DNA of 62,775 bases from an uncultured virus (IMG/VR IMGVR_UViG_3300020183_006727) (taxonomy: Duplodnaviria; Heunggongvirae; Uroviricota; Caudoviricetes), in the IMG/VR virus record IMGVR_UViG_3300020183_006727; one strand, given 5' to 3'. This document shows positions 18,803-28,500 of the stretch, one piece after another. The position numbers were made by a program, and so were the translations under genes. Position 1 is the stretch's first letter. The number at the start of each line of letters is the position of its first letter. The notes beneath the pieces are model-generated. The model was not told where the DNA came from. It made no database searches and worked only from the letters and a program-made list of their open reading frames with translations.

Positions 18803-21800
18803 CATCGTTCGTCAGCATTCGTGAAGAAGACTCATATGGGGTCTTGCCAGTAAAATATATGCCAGACGGAAGATCTGTTGCTCATATGCCCATGTGCGGC
18901 TTTGGCATAGAAGAGTGTGAAAGCGATATTGGCAGTTGGGACTTTGGCGCTTCTGGAAGTCTGTATTCGCATGTTTATGAAATGATGGAGAGTGCGAGTT
19001 CAGCTGGCTACGGAAGATTTTTCATGGTTTCGCCTATGGGAACTTATGACGGCAACCCTGCTGCTAACTTGATAGCTGGCTGGGATTCGTCAGTACTCCA
19101 TTTGGGATCAACATATCAGCCGCCAATGGAGGGCGGGTCGAGTGCACTTATAGCAGCTATTAGCGATGGTAAGTCTGCATTCGGCTTACAGGTCATTGTG
19201 GGCTTGCGATGGTCTTTGCCTGTCGTGGCATCATCTTCTTTAAGTTCTTCTTCCTCCTCTTCCTCTTCCTCTTCCAGCAGCAGTTCTTCCAAGTTAGAAG
19301 AAGAGCCCGTAAATAATATACAAGATTTTACTAAAACTGGAAGAGTTCTTGCAAAACTTAAATCTAATGACGGCTCAGTTTCTTTGGCAGAATATAACAA
19401 TAGAAGAAATTTAGGATTACTTAAAATAGAAGAGGGCTTACCTAAAGATTATATACCTCAAATAGATCAATACCTAATAGAAGTTCCAGAATCAAAAAAT
19501 GTAGATTTATATATAGATGAATTAAAATTAACTCAAGCTTTTGATTATGTTACTGAGGACGTTATTGGATATCCTGCTGCCAATTGCACAAATGATCCAT
19601 TATTAGGCAGTCAATGGCATCACGACAAGATGGAATCTTGTGCCGCATGGGATATAGAGCCAGGAGACACTCAGGTTGTTGTGGCCATCATGGACACAGG
19701 AATTGATGTTGGTCATGAAGATTTAGAGGCAAATAGACTTCCTGCTTATAATGCTGTTTTGGGTACAAGAGGAGACGAAGGCGGTATAGCGCAAAATGGA
19801 ATGCCCACCGTAGTTTTAGAGGAGTTCCAGCATGGAACTGGCGTAGCCGGATGTGCGGGTGCAATTGGGGGAAATGGAAAGGGTGTTTCTGGTACTGCAA
19901 AATCTATAAGTACAAGAAGTTTCAAAATTGCAAATGGGTGGGCTGGTGCGGGTTGGGCCAATATATCTTGGGCTTGTATAAAAGCAGCTGATGAAGGTGC
20001 AAGAGTAATAAACATAAGCTACAGCTTTTTGTCTTCTCCTAACCTTCATTCTCCAATAGAAGCTACCGCTTCTTATTGTAGAACACAAAAAAACTGCCAA
20101 ATATTTTTTTCAGCCGGTAATGCACAAACCACCGTCTGCCCCGCATCACCAAACACTATTCCTGCAAGTGTAATAGTTGTTGGATCAACTGACATTAATG
20201 ATAATAGATCTGATTTTTCTAATTTTGGAGACGGCGTTGACATATATGCTCCTGGCTCTTCAATACCTTCAACATGGGCAAGAACTTTACAATTTACCGT
20301 ATATCAAAGTAGCCCTGCGAATATTCAAAGAATAGATGAAATACTGCAATATTTAGATCAAAACCTTCCTTCTTTAATTGGAAAAAAAATCAGGCAAACA
20401 GTTAATGGAGTTGTTAATGAGGCAACAATACAACACTACAGCAGCTGCCGTCAGAACAATGTATGCTACCATACCAATCTACCCCCAAATGGAAATGCTA
20501 TGTTGTTCAAATTTAATGTAGCGGGAAATTCTAGTACATCGTGGAACCATGACCTTGTTACTAATCCTGTTACGATAGAAGATCATCCATCTTTAAATAT
20601 TAATTATCAACAGGCTTACATTCTAGCTAATAACGGGTATGTAAGTACAAATGGTACAAGTTATGCTTCGCCAAATGCTGCTGGTGTTGCAGCTTTAATG
20701 ATATCACTAAAACCAAACATAACATGTCAGCAGATAGAGGATATATTAAAATCCTCCGCCGATATCATCCCGATAACTGGTCCAAATGGTTATTCCGCAA
20801 ATGTTAAAAGAATAAATTCAAAAAAAGCCTTACAGGCAGTGCAAGCTTTGGGTGACTCATCTAGTTCGTCTAGTAGTAGTAGTTCTAGCGGTATTGGTAG
20901 CAGTTCTCCTTCCTCCTCTTCCTCTTCCTTCTCCAGCAGCAGTTCTTCCAGGTCTTCTTCCAGCAGCAGTTCATCTTCTTCTTCTAGCAGCAGTTCCCAG
21001 ACCAATAGGATTTTGCAGCTGAACACATGGGCTGGATCTGAGTTTCCAAATCTCTCTGATCCTCTGACCGTGAAATGGCTCAGGCAAAATCTACAGCCTC
21101 TTGTTGGGGTTGTTGATTGTGTGGCCATTTATGGCGCATTTTCCCCCACCAAATCTCTTACATATAACGAATGTGTTGAATTGTGTAACCATCTGATGAT
21201 AAATTTTGGCATGAGGGTGATTTGGCTAGATCCAGAATTAGCCATTGACAGTGGAGCGAATCTACCTCAGTGGTTTTTGAACTCTGCGCCAATAATAATG
21301 AGATACCAAGAATCTTCTCAGATGCAATCTATAATTAGGTCAGATTCATCGTTGGCAGTTGGAAGAGAGATTCATCTGGCCTCAGACAGTTACTCATCCG
21401 GATGGTCTAGAAAGCACATCATAAACGACGGGGTTCACACCGAAATGTCTCCTGGGGAGACAGTGAATGTCGGAAAGCCGTTGGAGTTTTCTCATAATGT
21501 CACAATCATATCAAAGCTTGCTTGTGATTCTAGAACAGCATCTGGCACCATGTCTTTAAATAATCATTATCTTGCATCCTCTGCGAAAAATAACTCAAAA
21601 ATTAGACCATGCTTTACAGTGTCATGTCTAGAAAGTCCAAATATTACTGCTGATGTCGCTAGGTCGCGCATACCAGCTTGGTGGTTTTCAGGAAATCCAC
21701 AAGCATGTGTTGACCGCGCAGCGAAGTCACTAGTGGCTTCTGAATGGGTTACGGGCCTGTCACAGGCAGACTTAAAGACTGTAAGTCCATACCGCACAGT

Positions 21801-24501
21801 TGGGGCAGAGAAAGCCGCTGACATGTTGTTCGATTTGGCGCTCACGCTGTATCCTCTTGCAGCAGGTTCTGCCGAATGCTTGTTCGAAAACGGGATACAT
21901 TTGTCTTTAGAGCATTTTGGCTCTCCGCTTCCACCAGATTATTGTGACACAGTAGACCAAGAACTGCTTAACATATATCCGTTCTTGTTTATGCATCCTG
22001 CAGATGCCATATATCATTTTTCAGATCCGTTGTCTTCTGCATCTGTGTTCTCCAAGTTCCCGCTTATGACTCCGTTCATGGCAAATGGGATTCAGCAATC
22101 TGCGTTATGGATAAAAGAATTCTTGAACAGATTTGCAATGAGGTCGAACAGAAGATCTATTGCTGAAGGTAATTCTCCATTTGTGCCATGGGTAAACCTT
22201 ATATCTTTTGATCACATATCTCATCCATCTTCTGTCCACGCTGCCTGCGTCGCCGAATTGGGCTCCAAGGCTTCGTGTTCGCCTGGTTCTCCATTTGCAG
22301 GCATTTGGTCCGGGATTGCATCTTCAGGAAGATTTTCGACAGAGCAGATTCCTGGTCTTGCATTTGGAACAATGAGAGCAGAATTCTCTGCATCTGATGT
22401 GGTGGTAGATCAAATTTCAAGAAGTGGATCTGTAGTTGGGTCTTACCTGGCCTCTGATGTGAAATATGATCAAGATGCAAAAATGTATCCTCAAAATAGG
22501 GCATTCAGTTTGTGGTATGACCGAACTATGAGAAATGTGGCGTTAGCAGCACTGCAGAATGCTGCGCTTGATATCATCAAGCATGTTTATCCTAAGTGTA
22601 GATTTGCCATACCAGGAATATCTTGCAGCCATGCAGATTTCATACCAAACCTTGCTTCGGAGTTTGTGGCAGATAGGCAGGGTGTAAAAAGCATCGCTGA
22701 TTCTAGATTGATAAATTCTCCTGTTTTCCCATACATCAATACCGCTCAATTTGGTTCTGAGTTGATACAAAGTCCACTTATCCCCACTGTTGGTGCCTAC
22801 AACTCATACGAGGTCTTTGGCAATAGGCAAATTAAGGATGGCAGCAATAGGATTGATTGGGTAATTGGAGGTTCCGACAGAGAAGTGTTGGTGGGAGTCG
22901 CTTCTTCTAGTATCAGATCTCGTGACCTTGATGCCTTGCGAACCAGTATGCAAGATTTACACGCCTTATACATAAGCCAATGGATTTCAAGATCTGGACT
23001 TTCAAATACCAAGATTTGCTATATGCCGCTCGTTGGATTGCGCCCCAAAGGTGGTTTTGGAGATATGCGTTCTGGCTTCAATTCTTCCAATCGGGCTTTG
23101 CCAGATGGTTTTGAATCCACAAAATATCACATATCTGCCAGCAAGTTCAGTCAAATAATTGACATGCATAAAGGTCAAGTATTTTATGATATCGATCAGG
23201 TACGAAGTAGGGCAGAGTGGGAAGAGCTTGTCAAGTCTCTCGTGACACGACCACTTGTTGCAGAATCACTTGAAGAGTCGACTTCTGGAGAGTTCTTAAA
23301 AATATCTTACACATCCAACAGTAAAAACAATCAGGCCAAATCAGTGAAAATGTCGTTCAATAACGGCAGTGTCTCAATAAGATCTATACATGCTAATGGT
23401 GGCGAAATATTTAGTCGGAGTATAGTCGCAGATAATTTGACAGAATTGTCTAGGCAATTAGCAACTTTAGGCATTGATGTTCAACTTCCACATGCCCTGA
23501 GGACGCAGCCGGTTTCTTCTCTTGGAATTTTAGAGACATCTTTGGGCTTGGGATCATCCTATTCAGCACCTGTAACCAGGGTTGATGCTCCTCAGCCTGC
23601 GTCTGTATTTGAAATGGCTATATACACGACCTCTCCTGACCCGACGCAAGCTTCAAGACTTTCGACTGGCGGTTATATTGGAGATCCTCTGCAGGTAGAG
23701 ATTGGAAAAATAAACCAGGGTTTCGGCTTCTTTCCTAAAAATGCAGCTGATGGTGATGGCATATTCGTAAACAAGGAGCTTTCTAATCAATCCATTCGTG
23801 TGTCAGTGAAATGTCCTGATCTTGTCCATCAGTTTGTTTATGTTGGTCGAGAATTGATGCGCGTGAGTGTGTCAAATAATATCATGTCAATACATGAAAG
23901 ATTCAGGTATTCGGTTCATCTCCAAGGTGAGTCCATTTATTTGCTGAACAGTAATTTATTCCAGCCCATGCGTCAAGATGGTGCATATGCTGTCAGATGC
24001 ATTGCCATCGTTGACAGTATTTTTGATAAAAAGAAGCATAACGCTACTGTTAATTTGACAGGATTGCCCAGCAAGTCTCATGCTGTTCTAGAATTTCCAA
24101 ATAGGCAAGGCTTTATGATTAAAGTTGGTAAGTCTGATGGCTTTACCTTGTCTGCGATAGACATAACCTCTGCAATTTCTCCTGGCGATGTGCTTGTTGA
24201 ATTAAATGAGCAAAAATTCGGCAAGCGTCATATAGTTTCAAGCGCAAGTGCTGACAGGGTCAATTTGACCACGCGTGCCACGCCTAGTTCTAGTCTATTC
24301 TGGGTTCTGCCTTCGTGTTCTAGATTCTCACTATCTGATGTAATTTCAAAAAATATCGGCATCGTAAATCAGGTTTTAGAAGGCTCAGTTTCGTTTGATT
24401 TGTCAAATTTTGAAACTGGATTTTGCGCGTATGTTTGGCTAGCAATTAAGAGGTCTGTTGCAGACGGAAGTACAGTATCATTCAGGATTGATCCAAAATG
24501 A
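18799..24501 (+). CDS. Multidomain virion protein (1900 aa): TIM-barrel-like domain interrupted by an S8 subtilase cassette, second GH-like domain, C-terminal tail-type domain
   Basis: The subtilase triad is intact: IMDTG (D at 19693), QHGTGVAG (H at 19831), oxyanion SAGN, NGTSYASP (S at 20659). A prodomain precedes NDPLLGSQW and poly-Ser linkers flank the cassette. The non-protease parts align by eye with ORF 44449-46782. Confidence 0.85.
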   Translation: MTSFVSIREEDSYGVLPVKYMPDGRSVAHMPMCGFGIEECESDIGSWDFGASGSLYSHVYEMMESASSAGYGRFFMVSPMGTYDGNPAANLIAGWDSSVLHLGSTYQPPMEGGSSALIAAISDGKSAFGLQVIVGLRWSLPVVASSSLSSSSSSSSSSSSSSSSKLEEEPVNNIQDFTKTGRVLAKLKSNDGSVSLAEYNNRRNLGLLKIEEGLPKDYIPQIDQYLIEVPESKNVDLYIDELKLTQAFDYVTEDVIGYPAANCTNDPLLGSQWHHDKMESCAAWDIEPGDTQVVVAIMDTGIDVGHEDLEANRLPAYNAVLGTRGDEGGIAQNGMPTVVLEEFQHGTGVAGCAGAIGGNGKGVSGTAKSISTRSFKIANGWAGAGWANISWACIKAADEGARVINISYSFLSSPNLHSPIEATASYCRTQKNCQIFFSAGNAQTTVCPASPNTIPASVIVVGSTDINDNRSDFSNFGDGVDIYAPGSSIPSTWARTLQFTVYQSSPANIQRIDEILQYLDQNLPSLIGKKIRQTVNGVVNEATIQHYSSCRQNNVCYHTNLPPNGNAMLFKFNVAGNSSTSWNHDLVTNPVTIEDHPSLNINYQQAYILANNGYVSTNGTSYASPNAAGVAALMISLKPNITCQQIEDILKSSADIIPITGPNGYSANVKRINSKKALQAVQALGDSSSSSSSSSSSGIGSSSPSSSSSSFSSSSSSRSSSSSSSSSSSSSSSQTNRILQLNTWAGSEFPNLSDPLTVKWLRQNLQPLVGVVDCVAIYGAFSPTKSLTYNECVELCNHLMINFGMRVIWLDPELAIDSGANLPQWFLNSAPIIMRYQESSQMQSIIRSDSSLAVGREIHLASDSYSSGWSRKHIINDGVHTEMSPGETVNVGKPLEFSHNVTIISKLACDSRTASGTMSLNNHYLASSAKNNSKIRPCFTVSCLESPNITADVARSRIPAWWFSGNPQACVDRAAKSLVASEWVTGLSQADLKTVSPYRTVGAEKAADMLFDLALTLYPLAAGSAECLFENGIHLSLEHFGSPLPPDYCDTVDQELLNIYPFLFMHPADAIYHFSDPLSSASVFSKFPLMTPFMANGIQQSALWIKEFLNRFAMRSNRRSIAEGNSPFVPWVNLISFDHISHPSSVHAACVAELGSKASCSPGSPFAGIWSGIASSGRFSTEQIPGLAFGTMRAEFSASDVVVDQISRSGSVVGSYLASDVKYDQDAKMYPQNRAFSLWYDRTMRNVALAALQNAALDIIKHVYPKCRFAIPGISCSHADFIPNLASEFVADRQGVKSIADSRLINSPVFPYINTAQFGSELIQSPLIPTVGAYNSYEVFGNRQIKDGSNRIDWVIGGSDREVLVGVASSSIRSRDLDALRTSMQDLHALYISQWISRSGLSNTKICYMPLVGLRPKGGFGDMRSGFNSSNRALPDGFESTKYHISASKFSQIIDMHKGQVFYDIDQVRSRAEWEELVKSLVTRPLVAESLEESTSGEFLKISYTSNSKNNQAKSVKMSFNNGSVSIRSIHANGGEIFSRSIVADNLTELSRQLATLGIDVQLPHALRTQPVSSLGILETSLGLGSSYSAPVTRVDAPQPASVFEMAIYTTSPDPTQASRLSTGGYIGDPLQVEIGKINQGFGFFPKNAADGDGIFVNKELSNQSIRVSVKCPDLVHQFVYVGRELMRVSVSNNIMSIHERFRYSVHLQGESIYLLNSNLFQPMRQDGAYAVRCIAIVDSIFDKKKHNATVNLTGLPSKSHAVLEFPNRQGFMIKVGKSDGFTLSAIDITSAISPGDVLVELNEQKFGKRHIVSSASADRVNLTTRATPSSSLFWVLPSCSRFSLSDVISKNIGIVNQVLEGSVSFDLSNFETGFCAYVWLAIKRSVADGSTVSFRIDPK
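19231..19293 (+). repeat. Poly-Ser linker, left flank of S8 cassette
   Basis: Encodes SSSLSSSSSSSSSSSSSSSSK. Bases 19243-19293 match 20902-20952 at 47/51 positions. Confidence 0.9.
19295..20843 (+). repeat. S8 subtilase cassette, copy 1 (dispersed direct repeat of 61224-62775)
   Basis: Begins tagaagaagagcccgtaa in both copies. Has several ~100-190 bp identical or near-identical tracts separated by divergent patches. The prodomain part is AT-rich (27-28% GC in two hand-counted 60-mers at 19381 and 19441, versus 45% at 19141). Confidence 0.95.
20857..20997 (+). repeat. Poly-Ser linker, right flank of S8 cassette
   Basis: 47-codon Ser-rich tract SSSSSSSSSSSGIGSSSPSSSSSSFSSSSSSRSSSSSSSSSSSSSSS. 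Confidence 0.9.
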
Positions 24502-25511
24502 TTCCTCCCACGCAAGAAACATCTTTAGGATTTGCCCTTTCAGCATCCCCAATTGTTGAAGTATTTTCTAGACCTGTTTCAGTTTCGTCTTCGCCAACAA
24601 TTTCTAGCACTGATTTTGGCGCAGCTTTTGTCATGACTCCGGGATGCGTTGTGTCTTGCCTCATGCCTCAGGCTGTTAACGGTTGTTTAACATTCTGTTT
24701 TTGGCTAAGAACTGACACCTTCACCCCTCCCGTAAATGCAGACGGAGTTGCTAGTGAGGTTCAAGCCACACTTTTGTCTTGCTCTGAATCTCCATCTGGA
24801 GACATATCTCCTGCAGGGGGATGGGCATTTTCTAGGGTTCAAAGAACAGACGGGATAAGCGATTACCTATTTTCTCAAGCTGAAGGAGGAACGACAGCAT
24901 CATTCAGATTTTTTGGGAATGATGCTTTTGTCTGGCAATTTGTGGTCTTGCAGTTGGAAACAGGTTTGGGTCAAAATAATATGCATGTTTTCGTAGACGG
25001 TCAGGAACTAGAAAAAGAAACGTCAAGCATACCGGTGCCTTTCGGTAGCACAAGTAATGTCAGAAATCTAAGAATCAACCGTCAATTCGCCAACTTCATC
25101 CCAGGCGTGGTGTCTGTTCCCTCTATGGGTGATTGCATGAGAGACCTTGTTGTGACCACCATGGAGGTGTGGGACATCGGGTTTATGTATGAGTTAGTTT
25201 CTGCTGTTGGGGTTTCAGCTGCGTTCGGGGCTAGAAAAAGCATCCTTCAGGATATGCCTGGGATTCCAGCGTCTTCTGTTGGGGTTGCTGGGGTGACAGA
25301 AACTTCTTATGGCACATTTGCGGTGCGTGAAGATGGGAAGTTATTTGGGATCACGGGTTCGCAGTTCGATGCTGTCCGAAATTTGAAATCTGCCAATTTG
25401 CCCACAGATATTAAGCCTTTCAAGGTTGTTGAAAACTCAGCTTTCAGCAACTCTCCAACTCAAGGCTTGAAGCTTACAGGCTCCGGAGCCAAATTCTTTG
25501 ACGGAGGCTGA
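24498..25511 (+). CDS. LamG / concanavalin A-like lectin domain protein (337 aa)
   Basis: LTFCFWLRT...WQFVVLQ...MHVFVDGQE...LRIN is the typical LamG jelly-roll pattern. ATGA overlap. Confidence 0.7.
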   Translation: MIPPTQETSLGFALSASPIVEVFSRPVSVSSSPTISSTDFGAAFVMTPGCVVSCLMPQAVNGCLTFCFWLRTDTFTPPVNADGVASEVQATLLSCSESPSGDISPAGGWAFSRVQRTDGISDYLFSQAEGGTTASFRFFGNDAFVWQFVVLQLETGLGQNNMHVFVDGQELEKETSSIPVPFGSTSNVRNLRINRQFANFIPGVVSVPSMGDCMRDLVVTTMEVWDIGFMYELVSAVGVSAAFGARKSILQDMPGIPASSVGVAGVTETSYGTFAVREDGKLFGITGSQFDAVRNLKSANLPTDIKPFKVVENSAFSNSPTQGLKLTGSGAKFFDGG

Positions 25512-25553
25512 TTCTCCGCATGTTTGTAAAAGGCTGTATCGGGCTGAAACCAT

Positions 25554-28500
25554 ATGGCTGAACTAGAAAATGTCCGCATAGACGGTAACCCAATATTGGC
25601 AGGACCATCCGATGTGCTGCCAAAAGGGTTCGTCATTTCATGGGGTGCCAATGGTGGCTATCAGGGATATCAAATAAAGATAGGATCTTCAAATGCAGCC
25701 TGGGGCTCTGACGGTTTTAGTGGGAATATAGCGAGCGTGGCTCAGCCAACTCTGCCCTCTGCGGAGCATGCTTTCAATTTTGCAGGTGGTCTCGTGCGTG
25801 CTCAAGTGTTTTATGGTCAGATAAAACTTTTGCCTACTGGGTCTTGGTTGAAATTCACCATACGGATCAAGACGGTTCCTCAGATTGTTGATGCATTTTA
25901 CTCTGAAAATTCTTTGGGTATAAATACGATACTTTCTATCGAGGTAAATTCTTCTCCACCTAATGCGGAATACAGAATAGAGTGGTATGGGAATGGCACA
26001 AGAATTTTTGCTATAGACAATAGCCCAAACCTACCATCTTCGTATCTCAGATTTGGTGATGAGTGGTTCGCTAGAATTATTCCATTTGACTCTTTAGAAT
26101 CTGGAGCTCCAATGGTGTTGCCAACACTGACAGTGGAGGCTGTTTCTTCTTTTTCTTCTGATGTCACCATTCATCCGGCCAATCCCACTCCAGACGATAT
26201 TCTCTATGCATCTTACGATGCTTCAGCTTTTGCAGATGTAAACGAGAACGCCGTATCTTATATACATAGATGGTTTGTGAACGGAGGTATAGTTCTGCCG
26301 TCTCTTGGCGAAGCAGACACAGATGGAGGCAGATGGGCGCGGCTTAGGGTTGTCCCTGGAGACGAGGTTTATGTTCAGGTTCAGTCTTTTGTTGCTGGCG
26401 CTCAAGGGCAAAGTTCGATATCTGACTCGGTTTCGATAGGCGCCTCATCGAGATCTTTCAGCCCAGTTCTTGTTGATGGTCGATCATCAGACAGTACATC
26501 CACCAGTTTGTCGCCAACAATAACTTGGCGATATCCTGATGCAGATGATTTAAACATGCAGATAAAAATAGGAAGTCTGCCTGGTGACGGCTCCTATTTG
26601 AACTATGCGGTGCCCGCTTCATCAGGCATCGCAACTGTTCCTGAGGGTGTTTTGCTGCCTGGTTTGACCTACTATGTAACCCTGTCAATTGACGAATCTG
26701 AATCAATTTCAGATGTGATTCGCTTTTCTACCCCAGGAAATCCCTGGCTTTCCAGTGCGTCTAATTCAGATGGCTGGAGGTTGCAGTTCGGCATGTCCTG
26801 CGTTAAGAATTCAGATTCTGGCCCAACGGTCTTGTATCCGTATTCTCTAGATGCTGCAGATGACAGATTGGTAATTTCCTTGGATATATCTCCTTCGACT
26901 TTGCGCTTGAGGAGCGGTAGTAATATTGTATACACTGGCGTTTTTGATATGACCGTAGAAAAGCAAGTTGGATTGTCGTGCGTCGGAAGCAATGTTGCTG
27001 TGCATGTTAATTCAGTGCAGGTTTTCAGCAGTTCCATATCCGGTCAAGAGATTTTTTCTGCCTCCAAGTATGTTCAGATTTCTCCGCGATCTAGAGATTC
27101 CACCTCATATGACCTGACGATTTCAAGCGTGAGTTTCGCCAAAAGTTTTTCTCCGGCACAGGCGATAGGCGCATATCCTCTAGGATCTCTGCCCTGCAGT
27201 TTTGTGTCACATATAAGTCAGTCCAGTGGTGGATTTTCTGTAATTGGCTCTGATGGCCCTGCTTCAAGTGACACTGTATATTTTGTTTCTCCATCTGTTT
27301 CTCCGAGAGTTTATGACTGCAGTGTGATTGGTCAATCAGGATCGGGAATATCCTTGATATCTGGGGATTCATACGGTCAGCATGTCATGGTTGCTCATCC
27401 TTTTGGAGCCACAGTGATTTCTGGATCTGCGGTGGATGAATGGAACCTGTCCTGCGATTTTCATAATAAGTCATCTTTGGAAGCGTCAGGATTCTCTTCT
27501 GTGTCTTCGCACGGGACTGATCCATTTGTGTATCAGGGCGATTACTTAGACATAGACACCACCTTCTCCAAGGTGGGGGTGCCGGCGACTAAAGCATCTT
27601 CTGGTTTGTTGAATGTGGCAAAAATAGAGACTAGACTTGGCATAGCAGTTTATGAATTTACATTATCCTCTGGCGTGCTTTATGCCGCACTTGCTGATAG
27701 CGAGTTGGACGACATTTTTAAGCAATCTTTTTATATATCTTTTATTGATTCAGATGTTGCATCAGTAATACAGAAACTGAATCAGGTAAATATCAGTGCA
27801 AACACCGATGTCATACCTTTTTCCCTGTATTACAACACCTCTGTAACATCTGGGTATGAGGGCGTTGATGCGTCTCTGATATCTGATTTTAATTCTACTG
27901 AGTCGTCGCCCTTGCTGCTTCAGGTGCAGTCCGATGCGATTTTTGCTGGAGTTGCCCCAATGGAGTCTGCTTCAGGCAGGAAGGCATATATAGAAACCAT
28001 GCGGGGCAGTACCATCTGGTCGCAATATGCACTTGATGAAAGCGGATATACCATGGAGTTGTCTTTTGCGTATGATAAAATAGAAGAGAGCCTGGCTTCT
28101 GACTCTGTCGATGAGGGTGGAATAGGTCTATCTTGGTTTGACGGCAATACTAAGCACAACATAAATATAGAAACCGAAAAAGTTCTTCTTGACGGCAACC
28201 AAGTCGCGCTTTCTGAAGCCGGTCAGCAGATAGATGTGTTGATCTCTAAAAACTCCAAGGGCACATCCGCATTTATGAAACTTGGCGGCTCTGTCGAGTG
28301 GAATGGGCCCTTTGAGGCTTCTGGAAGCATCAGCGACATGGTTTCGGGTACATGTTTTGACCCCAAAATAGCCTGCTCTTCTGATGGTGCAAGCATGGTT
28401 GCAGTGTGGTGGTCTGATGACGGAAGTAATCAGCCTGTATCGTGGATGTCTTGGTGGTCTCAAGATCTTGGGTGGTCTTTGCCAACTAGGATGTACGGAG

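Noticed and set aside
20382..20389. A8 homopolymer in both S8 copies as a phase-variation site
   Set aside because: It is short, in frame and the same length in both copies within AT-rich DNA, with no evidence of slippage.
19295..20843. Intein, intron or IS as the nature of the insertion
   Set aside because: No N-terminal Cys/Ser plus C-terminal His-Asn splicing motifs, homing endonuclease, transposase or terminal inverted repeats were seen; the insert is a prodomain plus subtilase.
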